NCBI GenBank assembly: GCA_963753975.1 | Contig: CAVWEH010000005.1 | Span: forward strand, 448,001-512,000 | Origin: an uncultured delta proteobacterium | Lineage (GTDB): Bacteria; Desulfobacterota; Syntrophia; Syntrophales; Smithellaceae | Direction of reading: 5' to 3' | Length of the DNA stretch: 64,000 bases | Shown here: in pieces, positions 41,674 through 51,549 of the stretch | Layout of the letters: each line of letters begins with the position of its first letter | Numbering within the stretch: position 1 is the stretch's first letter | The notes under the pieces: generated by a model | The model's input: the letters and a program-made list of their open reading frames with translations, nothing else | Told to the model about the DNA's origin: nothing | The model's database searches: none | Program-made: the position numbers and the translations under genes

Positions 41674-41960
41674 TCAAATGATATTATTTTTTCTTAGCAT
41701 ATCAACATACTCTTCTTTGCCCATCGGACAATCAAAAAAATCTTCAGCCAGATTACTATCCTCAAATTTTAATTGATTTTTTATTCTACCCATTAAATTT
41801 GACGAATATTCTTTAATGCTATGACTAAAATATGTATATATTGGATATTTAATGCCATCGATTATAAGATTATAATATTGGTGGTGGCTCTTTTTTTGTT
41901 TGGAAAAAAACCCTTTTTCTCCAAAACTTTAATTATGTCAGTAGTCTTCCTAGGTTTCAT
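41674..41960 (-). CDS. HicA-like small protein (one base missing in the T7/A7 run at ~41891-41910); absent from ORF track
   Basis: Corrected: MKPRKTTDIIKVLEKKGF....KKSHHQYYNLIIDGIKYPIYTYFSHSIKEYSSNLMGRIKNQLKF...FFDCPMGKEEYVDMLRKNNII; LEKKGF...SHH pattern. Confidence 0.6.
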
Positions 41961-42951
41961 TGTGTATAGTCTTAATCATACCCATTATTTTTGACTTTAA
42001 GCTTTGAGCTTTAAGAGATAGATTTTTATCTTTTTCCAAAACAAAATTTTCATATAAAGAATTAAATGCAAAATTGAATGCCTCTTGAGCCTCTTCTCTA
42101 GTCTCGCCCCAAACATCAATTTCCAATGGTTCGAATTTAATATAATAGAAATTGTCAGAAAAGATCACTTCACAACTAATTTTTTCTTTAAGCACAAATA
42201 CCGATTGCTCATATTTTATGATTTCTGTTTTAAGCGGATATGTATCATGTTTCAATTCTTCAATATCATAAATTTCTTTAATATTTGCCTTCTTTAAATC
42301 AATTTTGTCACCTTTGGTACATAGTCGTAAATAAGCCCTGTAATTTTTTTCTGTAAGTTCCTGTACTCTTTCAATATATGGGGTTATCTGTATTCTTTTG
42401 TTATCAGATGGCGGTTGTAATGTTCGTACAATCTTTGTTCTACTAGAGTCTAATAAATTAATCTTATAATCTTTCCCATCGGCAATTGCTTTAAAGATCG
42501 GATTGAAAATATTTTTTCTTTCATTGGCAGTATATTTTTTTGATATTTCTTCTACGAAATGATCATCATTAAGATCCGCATAAATAACGTCGTTTCTATA
42601 TATGTTGTATTTATCTCTTTTCCAATCAAGCACATTATTATCAAACAATGAATAATTGATATCTTCTAAATTAGGTGCAATGGAGGTTTGATAACTGCCG
42701 ATTTTTGAATCGACAATAAGCAATTCCATTTCTTTTATTAGTTTTTCTGGTGCTTCTTCATCTTTATCGTAAATGCTTCTAAATTTTTCGTGCTTTAAGA
42801 ATTCAATTTTTAAAAAATTACGAAATGAATTACGTAAATTGCTTAAGACTGAGATAACCGTTCTTAAGCTGGCTAAATCTGAAGAATTTTTTTCGGGCTT
42901 AATTTGGATGTTTATTGAATAATTAAGTAATTTTTTGATTAAATCATTCAT
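41950..42951 (-). CDS. Hypothetical protein with HicB-like C-terminal segment
   Basis: AT-rich ORF; C-terminal YYIKFEPLEIDVWGETREEAQEAFN resembles the HicB 'GET.EEA' motif; overlaps the next gene by 11 nt. Confidence 0.6.
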   Translation of the reverse strand: MNDLIKKLLNYSINIQIKPEKNSSDLASLRTVISVLSNLRNSFRNFLKIEFLKHEKFRSIYDKDEEAPEKLIKEMELLIVDSKIGSYQTSIAPNLEDINYSLFDNNVLDWKRDKYNIYRNDVIYADLNDDHFVEEISKKYTANERKNIFNPIFKAIADGKDYKINLLDSSRTKIVRTLQPPSDNKRIQITPYIERVQELTEKNYRAYLRLCTKGDKIDLKKANIKEIYDIEELKHDTYPLKTEIIKYEQSVFVLKEKISCEVIFSDNFYYIKFEPLEIDVWGETREEAQEAFNFAFNSLYENFVLEKDKNLSLKAQSLKSKIMGMIKTIHNET

Positions 42952-43118
42952 TTTATTTATTTCGATCAACAGCCAATAATTTTAATACATTAACTTCCGC
43001 GATAAAACCCGAAGTGTGCAATAGGGTACTTGAAATCCCGTATATTTTACACGAAAGTTTAAATCAAACAGATTTATTAGTCAAGTCAATTATCGGACAA
43101 AATCAAGTGTATTTTTAG

Positions 43119-45019
43119 CTAATTAACTTTATCTTTTTTCGTTTTTGCGCTGCCTACGAGTTCGTGTTTCTTCATCATGATCAACACAGCCGAGATGGCG
43201 CCTTCGGTCATGCCGGGGATTCGTTCCATCTGACCGATCGTGGCGGGGGCGATGCGGGTGAGCTTGACTTTAAGTTCGTTGGATAATCCGGGAATGGAAT
43301 TATAATCAAAGTCCGGCGGAATTTTCTTTTTTTCCTGTTCCTTCAAACGCTGGACTGATTCAAATTGTCTTTTGATATAGCCTTCGTATTTTGTTTCTAT
43401 TTCGATCTGCTTTTTAACGAAAGAATCGTTTTCCGGCTCCCAGCCGGGAAATTGGGCCAGATTGTCATAAGATAATTCATGCCTTTTGAGGAGACCATAA
43501 AGAGTGGTGTGATTATTCAGAGGCGGCGAATTGAATTTCGCCAGTTGTTCGTTTATTTCCGGCGATGGTTTGACTGGCGATGCTTTCAACCGCTTAATAC
43601 CCTGCTCAATACGACGTATTTTATCCTGCAGTTCTGCGCAATGTTCGCGGGCAACCAAACCCAACTCACAGCCCTTACCCATTAAGCGGATGACGGCATT
43701 GTCTTCCCGCAGAATGAGGCGATATTCGGCGCGGGAGGTAAACATACGATACGGTTCATCCACGCCGCGGGTAACCAGATCGTCGATCATTACCGCCATG
43801 TAGGCCTCCGAGCGATCCAGAATAAAAGCGGGAGCGGCCTGAACGGCACGCGCGGCGTTGATTCCCGCCCAGAGACCCTGCGCCGCCGCTTCTTCATAAC
43901 CGGATGTGCCGTTGATCTGACCGGCCAGATACAGTCCCCGAATTAGTTTGGTCTCCAAAGTGAGCTTCAACTGGCTGGGCTGAACAAAATCATACTCGAT
44001 GGCGTAAGCCGGACGCATGATTTCCGCCTGCTCCAGACCTTTTACGCTGTGCACAATCTGATACTGTATCGCGAGCGGCAGGCAGTTACCCAGGCCTTTG
44101 GCATAAACTTCCTCTGTTTCGAGTCCCTCATGTTCCAGCACTACAGGATGGCTTTCGCGCTCGCCGAAGCGCATGACTTTATCTTCGAGCGATGGACAAT
44201 AGCGGGCACTCACTCCTTTAATGACACCGGCATATAAAGGCGAATACTGAATATTTTCTCTAATCACGCGATGCGTTTCGGCGGATGTCGCACTAAAATA
44301 TGAAGGTAGACGCTCCTTCCGCAGAGCACTGGTTGTAAAAGAAAATGGTTGGGGGTCGGGGTCGCTGTCTTGGCGCTCGAGGCGGGAAAAATCAATGGAT
44401 GAAGCGCGCAGGCGCGGGCGGGGTTCCGGTTTTCATTCTACCCATTTCAAAGCCCAGCTGTTTGAGGTTCTTTGCCAGCCCGATGGATGCCAGCTCTCCG
44501 GCGCGTCCCGAAGCGGTCTGCGATGCGCCGATATGCACCAAGGCCGTTTAAAAAAGTGCCGGTGGTTATAATGACCTTTTTCGCGCCGTAAAAATACCCG
44601 CTTTGATCCAGCACTCCTACGACCGCGCCATTTTCTATGACGAGGCTTTCAACCATGGCTTGCCGGATATGGAGATTTTTCTGACTCTCGACCACCGCTT
44701 TCATCGTCAGGCGGTAGAGCTGCTTATCGCACTGCATCCGGGAAGAATGAACGGCAGGCCCCTTCGAGGCGTTGAGCATCCTGAAATGCACGGCGGTTTT
44801 GTCGGTAACCTTGCCCATCTCGCCCCCGAGAGCATCGATTTCTTTGACCAATTGGCCTTTAGCCAGGCCGCCGATAGCGGGATTGCAGGACATGAGCGCG
44901 ATAGAATCCAGATTGATATTGAACAAAAGTGTTTTGCAGCCCATGCGCGCCGCGGCCAGAGCCGCTTCGCAGCCAGCGTGGCCGCCGCCGATCACCAAAA
45001 TGTCGTAATTGTCAGGCAA
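43119..45019 (-). CDS. mnmG: tRNA uridine 5-carboxymethylaminomethyl modification enzyme MnmG/GidA (two +1 frameshifts at ~44540 and ~44417)
   Basis: [27 protein letters not shown] when corrected, [26 protein letters not shown]. Confidence 0.93.
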
Positions 45020-45085
45020 CTTTGTTGCTCCTTAAATCAAGCACTTGCGCTTGCGTGAAAACGATGTTAATCGACAAAGACGCTA

Positions 45086-45115
45086 ATCCCTCGACTCGCT
45101 AGGCTCGCTCAGGAT
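45086..45115. repeat. Short REP-like sequence
   Basis: atccctcgactcgctaggctcgctcaggat resembles dispersed CCTTCGAC...GCTCAGG palindromes. Confidence 0.4.
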
Positions 45116-45214
45116 CAATTCGACCAAGACTTTTTCCTGCGACACTACCTTGAAAAAAGCCGGTACTCATTGATAGTATTGCTGCAAAAAAAACACAACA
45201 AAAAAGAGGTGGCT

Positions 45215-46141
45215 GTGGCCAAACCTGATTTTTGGAAAAACAATAAGAGATATTACGATCTGAAAAGTTACTGGCGTAATTTATTCGGCTGTAATGTGCA
45301 CAAATTGCCGATTGATGCGGGATTTACTTGCCCGAACCGTGACGGCCGCGTTGCTTACGGTGGTTGTATTTATTGCGACGGACGCGCCTCTAAATTGCGC
45401 CAGAAGGGCGAATTGCCAACGGTCGCCGAACAAATTCAAAGTGGCAAGACGTTTTATAAACCTCATGCGTCGAAATTTATTGCATATTTCCAAACGTTTA
45501 CCAATACCTACGCCCCTCTTGCTAAATTGCAGGCACTCTACAACGAAGCTTTGAGCCAGGAAGGTGTGATTGGTCTTTCCATCGGTACCAGGCCGGATTG
45601 CCTGACACCGGAAACAATAGTCTTATTAGAGAAATACGCGAAAAAATATCACATCTGGCTCGAGTTGGGATTACAATCCATGCATGATAAAACGCTGCAG
45701 CGTATTAACCGAGGACATAATTTTCAGCAGTTCTTGGATGCCGTTCATGCCTGCGCCGGTCACGGTATTAATCTTTGTGTTCATATCATTATCGGTTTGC
45801 CGGGCGAAGGCGAGGAAGATATTCACAAGACGGCGCAATTCTTAGCAAGATTGCCCATAAACGGCATCAAAATTCATTCTTTGCTGGCTTTGGAAGGCAC
45901 GAGGCTGGGCGAAATGTACAAAAATGAATCAATTAAGCTTATAACCAAGGAAAAATACGTTTCTTTGGTGGCCGATGTTCTGGAAATTTTGCCTCCGACA
46001 ATGGTAATCCAGCGATTAACTGCCGAAGGTTATCGCGATATTTTCCTTGCGCCTGACTGGGCAATGAATAAATTAGAAGTGTTAAATGCGATTAATAAGG
46101 AATTGGAGAAACGGGACTCATATCAAGGTAAAAACTATTAA
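45215..46141 (+). CDS. TIGR01212/YhcC-type radical SAM protein
   Basis: DAGFTCPNRDG..GGCIYC, YFQTFTNTY, IGTRPDC, ELGLQS. Confidence 0.88.
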   Translation: MAKPDFWKNNKRYYDLKSYWRNLFGCNVHKLPIDAGFTCPNRDGRVAYGGCIYCDGRASKLRQKGELPTVAEQIQSGKTFYKPHASKFIAYFQTFTNTYAPLAKLQALYNEALSQEGVIGLSIGTRPDCLTPETIVLLEKYAKKYHIWLELGLQSMHDKTLQRINRGHNFQQFLDAVHACAGHGINLCVHIIIGLPGEGEEDIHKTAQFLARLPINGIKIHSLLALEGTRLGEMYKNESIKLITKEKYVSLVADVLEILPPTMVIQRLTAEGYRDIFLAPDWAMNKLEVLNAINKELEKRDSYQGKNY

Positions 46142-46214
46142 GGATATAAATTAGTATTGGAAGTTGAGCATAAAACTTGCTAAATTTCCTTTTCAGTTAA
46201 TTGGTAATAGAAAT

Positions 46215-46844
46215 ATGATAGCGATAATTGATTATAAGGCTGGAAATCTGACAAGTGTCGCCAGGGCATTGCAAAACATGAATGAAAGTTTTGTAATAAC
46301 CGATGATACAAAAAAGCTGGATGCGGCAACGCACGTTATCTTTCCGGGAGTCGGTGCGGCAGGCGATGCTATGGCTAACCTGCGCCGAAAGAAATTGGAT
46401 AGCTGGCTTATGAGCTGGATAAAGACCGGCAAGCCGCTGATGGGTATTTGTCTGGGCACCCAAATTATTCTGGATTACAGTGAGGAAAACGAAACCAAGT
46501 GCATCGGGCTTGTTCGCGGTTCAACAAAGCGCTTCCCGGACGACCTAAATATTGCCTGCCGTAAATTAAAGATCCCTCACATGGGCTGGAACGATGTTTC
46601 ATTCAATCGCGAGCACCCGGTATTCAGAGACGTGCCAAAGGAGGCGGAATTTTATTTTGTGCACTCTTACTATCCGGCCCCGGAGGACGACGCGCTGGTT
46701 TTAGGGGTCACCGATTACGGCATCAACTTTTGTTCAGTTCTGGCCGCTAACAATTGGGTAGCGATGCAATTCCATCCGGAAAAAAGCGGCCGCCCCGGTT
46801 TGCAAATACTGCGCAACTTCTGCCGCTGGAGGGGAAATGCTTAA
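46215..46844 (+). CDS. hisH: Imidazole glycerol phosphate synthase glutaminase subunit
   Basis: PGVGA, GICLG, PHMGWN, YFVHSY, QFHPEKSG. Confidence 0.95.
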   Translation: MIAIIDYKAGNLTSVARALQNMNESFVITDDTKKLDAATHVIFPGVGAAGDAMANLRRKKLDSWLMSWIKTGKPLMGICLGTQIILDYSEENETKCIGLVRGSTKRFPDDLNIACRKLKIPHMGWNDVSFNREHPVFRDVPKEAEFYFVHSYYPAPEDDALVLGVTDYGINFCSVLAANNWVAMQFHPEKSGRPGLQILRNFCRWRGNA

Positions 46845-46878
46845 TGAAGTTATGAAAATCAAAGTACGTGTAATCACG

Positions 46879-47005
46879 GACGACCTTGCAAAAAGCGCCA
46901 GAGGCAAGGCGCGCAAGGCACGAGGCGTGAGGCGTACTTTTGGCGTACACCGCAACAACGAGGGACGCGGCGCAACGCAGCATATGGACTTTTTGCGAGG
47001 TTGTC
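46879..47005. mobile_element. MITE-like element between hisH and hisF
   Basis: 17-bp imperfect TIRs gacgaccttgcaaaaag / ctttttgcgaggttgtc; non-coding; abuts the hisF ATG. Confidence 0.7.
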
Positions 47006-47785
47006 ATGCTTAGCAAAAGAATTATTCCTTGCCTGGATGTGCGTGACGGAAAACTCACCAAGGGCATCAAATTCAAGGATAATGTCGATATTGGCGATCC
47101 GGTCGAAGCCGCACGGGCATATTACGAGGAGGGCGCCGATGAAATCGTGTTTTACGATATAACCGCCTCGGCGGAGCGCCGCGATATAATGATTGATGTA
47201 GTTCGCCGCGTGGCGCAGAGAATTTTTATTCCCTTTTCCGTCGGCGGCGGCATCCGCAATGTGGAAGATATGCGCCGGGTAATTCTGGCCGGAGCGGAAA
47301 AAGTCAGCGTTAATTCCACTGCTGTCACCGATCCGAAAATTATTTCGCACGGCGCGAAGGCATTCGGCAGCCAGTGCATAGTGCTGGGTATGGATGTAAA
47401 AAAAGCGGAAATGTCGGATAAAATTCCTTCCGGCTATGAAATCGTCATTAACGGAGGACGAACATTTACGGGTATCGATGCTCTCTGGTGGGCAAAAGAG
47501 GCGGAAAAACTCGGGGCCGGTGAAATTTGTCTGAATTCCATTGACGCCGACGGCACCCAAAAGGGTTATGAATTGAATCTAACGGCGCTTATTGCCGAAA
47601 ATGTGAATATTCCGGTTATAGCATCTGGAGGAGCAGGGAAACCCGAACACCTTGCGCAAGTGTTAACGGAAGGAAAGGCCGACGCGGCGCTCATCGCTTC
47701 GATGGTTCATTACCGTATGTACACGATTGCGGATATTAAACAATATCTGAACGATAGACAAATCAAAACAAGAATGCTCTGGTAG
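47006..47785 (+). CDS. hisF: Imidazole glycerol phosphate synthase cyclase subunit
   Basis: [30 protein letters not shown]. Confidence 0.95.
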   Translation: MLSKRIIPCLDVRDGKLTKGIKFKDNVDIGDPVEAARAYYEEGADEIVFYDITASAERRDIMIDVVRRVAQRIFIPFSVGGGIRNVEDMRRVILAGAEKVSVNSTAVTDPKIISHGAKAFGSQCIVLGMDVKKAEMSDKIPSGYEIVINGGRTFTGIDALWWAKEAEKLGAGEICLNSIDADGTQKGYELNLTALIAENVNIPVIASGGAGKPEHLAQVLTEGKADAALIASMVHYRMYTIADIKQYLNDRQIKTRMLW

Positions 47786-47911
47786 AGCGGCAACGAATAT
47801 AGGCGTGGCGAATTTTCGCGTGTTTTTAGATAATTGACAAAAAAATATTTCACTATACAAAGCTGCTATTAAGTATTAATATTTTATAAGTAAGTTAGGA
47901 GGCGATTTAAG

Positions 47912-48793
47912 GTGGATGCAAAAAGACATGAATTAAATATCCAATTGGCGCAAATGTTAAAAGGCGGCGTCATCATGGATGTAACCAATGTAGAACAGGC
48001 GAAGATTGCCGAAGATGCAGGCGCCGTTGCTGTAATGGCGTTGGAGCGCGTACCCGCGGATATCCGCAAGGACGGGGGCGTCGCCAGAATGTCCGATCCG
48101 GCCATGATCGCCCAAATTAAAAAGGCCGTATCGATTCCGGTAATGGCCAAAGCACGTATCGGCCATTTTGCGGAGGCGCAAATTCTCGAGGCATTGCGTA
48201 TTGATTATATTGATGAAAGCGAAGTGCTGACTCCGGCCGATGAAGAATGTCATATTGATAAGACAAAATTTAAAATCCCGTTTGTTTGCGGCGCGCGCAA
48301 TCTCGGCGAAGCTCTGCGCCGGATAGCCGAAGGCGCGGCAATGATCCGCACTAAAGGAGAAGCGGGAACCGGAAATGTTGTAGAAGCTGTGCGCCACATG
48401 AGAACCATGAATCGCGAAATCCGCCAGTTAGTTGAAATGCCCAAAGAAGAAGTAACAGGCTTTGCGAAAGCCAACGGCATGCCTTATGACCTCGCACTGA
48501 AAGTCAAGGAGTTGGGTCGCCTACCTGTTGTTAATTTTGCCGCGGGCGGAATTGCCACTCCCGCCGATGCAGCCTTGATGATGCAACTGGGCTGTGATGG
48601 AATTTTTGTCGGCTCCGGCATATTCAAATCCGCCGATCCGGGGCTGCGCGCGAAAGCGATAGTCAAGGCGACAGCATATTTTAATGATCCCAAGAAAGTT
48701 ATGGAAGCATCAATGGGACTGGGTGAAGCGATGCCCGGCCTGGAAATATCACAAATCCCTCCTGATCAGCGTTTAGCTAGCCGCGGTTGGTAG
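47912..48793 (+). CDS. pdxS: Pyridoxal 5'-phosphate synthase lyase subunit
   Basis: [39 protein letters not shown]. Confidence 0.97.
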   Translation: MDAKRHELNIQLAQMLKGGVIMDVTNVEQAKIAEDAGAVAVMALERVPADIRKDGGVARMSDPAMIAQIKKAVSIPVMAKARIGHFAEAQILEALRIDYIDESEVLTPADEECHIDKTKFKIPFVCGARNLGEALRRIAEGAAMIRTKGEAGTGNVVEAVRHMRTMNREIRQLVEMPKEEVTGFAKANGMPYDLALKVKELGRLPVVNFAAGGIATPADAALMMQLGCDGIFVGSGIFKSADPGLRAKAIVKATAYFNDPKKVMEASMGLGEAMPGLEISQIPPDQRLASRGW

Positions 48794-48798
48794 CAAAT

Positions 48799-49473
48799 AT
48801 GGCCTTGCATCTGGTAAGCAATAAATCTGCGTCGATAGGAATTCTGGACTTACAGGGCGGCGTTCATGAGCATTTAGACCATCTGGAGCGCCTGGGAATC
48901 CCCTATAAGAGAGTGAAACAGGAAGCTGATTTTGCAGACTTGGCGGGTCTCATCATCCCCGGCGGTGAGAGCTCCTGCATTGCGAAACTGCTCGATACTT
49001 TCGGAATTAAAAAAATAATACTCAATGCGCACCGCAGAGGCATGAAAATATGGGGAACCTGCGCAGGTGCGATTTTGCTTGCCGAAAAAGTAATTAACGA
49101 ATCGCCTTGTCTTGGGCTCATCGATATGGAAATCGAGCGCAACAGTTTTGGCAGTCACCTCGATAGTTTTGTCACTGAAGCGTTGATTCCTGCGGTCGCT
49201 CGCGAGTCGATGCCATTGACCTTTATCAGGGCGCCGAAGATCACTAAAGTGGGGAAAGATGTCCGGGTACTTTTGAAAATTGACGACTACATAGCGGCGG
49301 CGGAAAGCAAAAATGTTCTGGTTACCGTATTTCATCCGGAATTAACCGGATGCCTGGCACTGCATCGCTATTTTGCTCTCAAATGCGGATTGCAGACGGC
49401 CTTAAGCGCGCAAGATTGTATTGATCGTCATTGGCAAATTTCCAGTTGGACGAGACTTGCCCGCATTGCCTGA
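48799..49473 (+). CDS. pdxT: Pyridoxal 5'-phosphate synthase glutaminase subunit
   Basis: LQGGVHEH, PGGES, GTCAGAI, FIRAP, FHPEL. Confidence 0.93.
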   Translation: MALHLVSNKSASIGILDLQGGVHEHLDHLERLGIPYKRVKQEADFADLAGLIIPGGESSCIAKLLDTFGIKKIILNAHRRGMKIWGTCAGAILLAEKVINESPCLGLIDMEIERNSFGSHLDSFVTEALIPAVARESMPLTFIRAPKITKVGKDVRVLLKIDDYIAAAESKNVLVTVFHPELTGCLALHRYFALKCGLQTALSAQDCIDRHWQISSWTRLARIA

Positions 49474-49590
49474 TTTGTATGTATAAGTAAACTTAGAGCT
49501 CTAATTTCCGTCAGTGCCCAAAAGTTAAATCTAATTCGGGGATATTATTCCCGTATAGGCAATTTTTTAGCCGGCAGAAGTATTTTGAAG

Positions 49591-49700
49591 TTCTCCGCGG
49601 CAAGGCGCGGAGAATCTTCGATTCTTGAGGAAATATTAATTCCGGATTCGCTCGCTCACCCCACAGCAAGCTACGGGGGATGCGCGAGCTGCCGAATTCA
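49591..49700. repeat. Paired GCAAG-loop hairpins resembling IS200/IS605-type ends without a transposase
   Basis: ttctccgcgGCAAGgcgcggagaa and ccccacaGCAAGctacgggg. Confidence 0.5.
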
Positions 49701-49723
49701 ACGACTTGAAAGGAGATGATAGT

Positions 49724-49999
49724 ATGGAAACTAAGGATGCATATGTAGCCAAACTCAAAGCCCAAATTGATCAATGGAGCGCAGAAATAGACAAACTCGA
49801 GGCAAAAGCAAAAAAGACCAGGGAAGACTATGAAGCTCAAATAAAAGCATTACGCCAGAAGTACGATTCGGCAAAAACCAGGATAACGGAAATCCAGCAA
49901 GCGAGTGAGGCCTCATGGAAAGATCTAAAGGAGGGAGTAGAGACCGCCTGGAGTGCTTTTAAGCAAGGGTTAGACAAGGCCAAAGCTCGATTCAAATAA
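49724..49999 (+). CDS. Small coiled-coil protein (stress-response-like)
   Basis: AYVAKLKAQIDQWSAEIDKL...SWKDLKEGVETAW; AAGGAG RBS. Confidence 0.75.
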   Translation: METKDAYVAKLKAQIDQWSAEIDKLEAKAKKTREDYEAQIKALRQKYDSAKTRITEIQQASEASWKDLKEGVETAWSAFKQGLDKAKARFK

Positions 50000-50103
50000 C
50001 ATATTAAAGTTCCAGAAAAGCAAGCTTACATTTACGTAAAGGCGATATTGGTAATGCAGCTTATGCGAATTGTTTAATACTGCCTTCAACTTTCTTTAGT
50101 ATT

Positions 50104-50877
50104 ATGCATTTCATTGAAAATATCGAAGAGAATTTCTTTGGCGTTGGTCGCTATTGGGGAAGTTTTAATCCTTCGTTGACTCAGGCTGGATCAATTTGGG
50201 CAATGAACACCGGCGTATCTATTTCCGATTGCAACTGGGTCTGGAATGAAAAGCCTTTAACCAATGATGATGCGAAGTCCATCGCTGATATAAAAAAGAT
50301 TTACAAAAAATTAAATCTGCGTTTCTGGTGGTGGATATATCCCCGTGGGCAATCGCCGCAAACCAGAATTATGTTGCAAGATGCGGGATTGCGGTTGATT
50401 GAAAAAATACCTTGCATGGCTACGGATTTGAACGATTCATCTCCAGAAAAGCAAATCCCCGACAATATAATAATCTCTACCGTTAAAGACAAAAAAGATT
50501 TGCTTATCTGGGAGGACATTTCTTTTCATGGTTTTGAAATGCTTGAGCGCGTGAGAGCGCAGTACGGGGCTTTTGTTTCATCGTTTGATCTTGGAAACCA
50601 ATCGCCGCAAAAGCTTTTTCTTGCCTATTTCGACGGCAAACCTGCAGCCACATCGCTGCTTTTTGTGCATAACAATACAGCGGGAATCTACTATGTCTCT
50701 ACTCTTCCCGCTTATCGGAACAAAGGCTTGGGTTTAAATGTAACGCTGGCCGCGATGCAAACCGCAAAAAAATCGGGATTCAAAAATATTATTTTGCAGG
50801 CATCCAAATTTGGAGTGAATGTTTATAGGCGGGCGGGTTTTAAAGAATACTGTAAGGCAGATATTTACAAACTTTGA
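50104..50877 (+). CDS. GNAT family N-acetyltransferase
   Basis: AGIYYVSTLPAYRNKGLG, VYRRAGF. Confidence 0.88.
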   Translation: MHFIENIEENFFGVGRYWGSFNPSLTQAGSIWAMNTGVSISDCNWVWNEKPLTNDDAKSIADIKKIYKKLNLRFWWWIYPRGQSPQTRIMLQDAGLRLIEKIPCMATDLNDSSPEKQIPDNIIISTVKDKKDLLIWEDISFHGFEMLERVRAQYGAFVSSFDLGNQSPQKLFLAYFDGKPAATSLLFVHNNTAGIYYVSTLPAYRNKGLGLNVTLAAMQTAKKSGFKNIILQASKFGVNVYRRAGFKEYCKADIYKL

Positions 50878-50963
50878 ATTTAGATTTTAATTGTTTCGAA
50901 CTATTATACTCGAGTTAATAGTGATCGTTTTCACTTCTTAAGTATAGCTTCTTCATTATTTAC

Positions 50964-51022
50964 ACGGAACGTGTGTGGCACCCGCGTTGCGGAGCGACGC
51001 TGGTCGGACATACTGGTTAGTC
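50964..51022 (+). other. attC-like site (59 bp)
   Basis: ACGGAAC...central hairpin gcgttgc-gga-gcgacgc...GTTAGTC, downstream of the GNAT gene. Confidence 0.45.
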
Positions 51023-51064
51023 CGTGTAAGTGGCGAATTTGATTGCCTTCTTACTGCTATGTTT

Positions 51065-51157
51065 GGTCTCATTACAACTTACCAATTCCGCCGTGTGATC
51101 TCTTGTGACCTTCAGGTTATTAGGTTATACACTTTGCTTTCGGGATTTAAGTTTCGC
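51065..51157 (+). repeat. Copy of the modular palindromic repeat family
   Basis: ggtctcattacaacttaccaatt identical to 58555-58577; contains tgaccttcaggttat, identical to the reverse complement of 12697-12711. Confidence 0.8.
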
Positions 51158-51334
51158 GAATAAAAACCTTAACACCGCAATCTTCGAATTCAAAATAACT
51201 ATGATAACGAAATAATACTATTTAATAAATTGTCAATAAGTTTATTTATTTTCACTTTGAGATGAAATAGTTAAGTCGCACTTTTTTTATTTTTTGCCCT
51301 CATAATTCAGGAAATATAGTGATGCACGATGAAC

Positions 51335-51410
51335 AACAAAGGTGTTGGTATTTGTTCTGCTAAAAAACAACAAAATTGTTCTATTTTGTTGTTTGAGCAA
51401 CGTCTTTGTT
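51335..51410. promoter_or_regulatory. Candidate upstream activator sites
   Basis: Two copies of AACAAA-N2-TGTT-N4-TTTGTT (51335-51356, 51369-51390) and a third partial site (51399-51410). Confidence 0.6.
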
Positions 51411-51476
51411 GTGCTTTCTTGCCTCTTCTTACAATCGTATTTATAAATTATCCAATGCAATCCAGCTATTACCTAT

Positions 51477-51493
51477 TTGGCATTCCTATTGCT
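51477..51493 (+). promoter_or_regulatory. Sigma54 promoter of the amtB operon
   Basis: TTGGCATTCCTATTGCT, GG-N10-GC. Confidence 0.85.
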
Positions 51494-51549
51494 ATGTAGC
51501 TTCCATGTAGAGCAATTTAATTCGAAAATTTCTGAAGGAGGTTAAGACA

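Noticed and set aside
34035..45019. Programmed frameshifting in glutamate synthase, the activator or mnmG
   Set aside because: No slippery heptamers or stimulatory structures; the pattern fits homopolymer sequencing error
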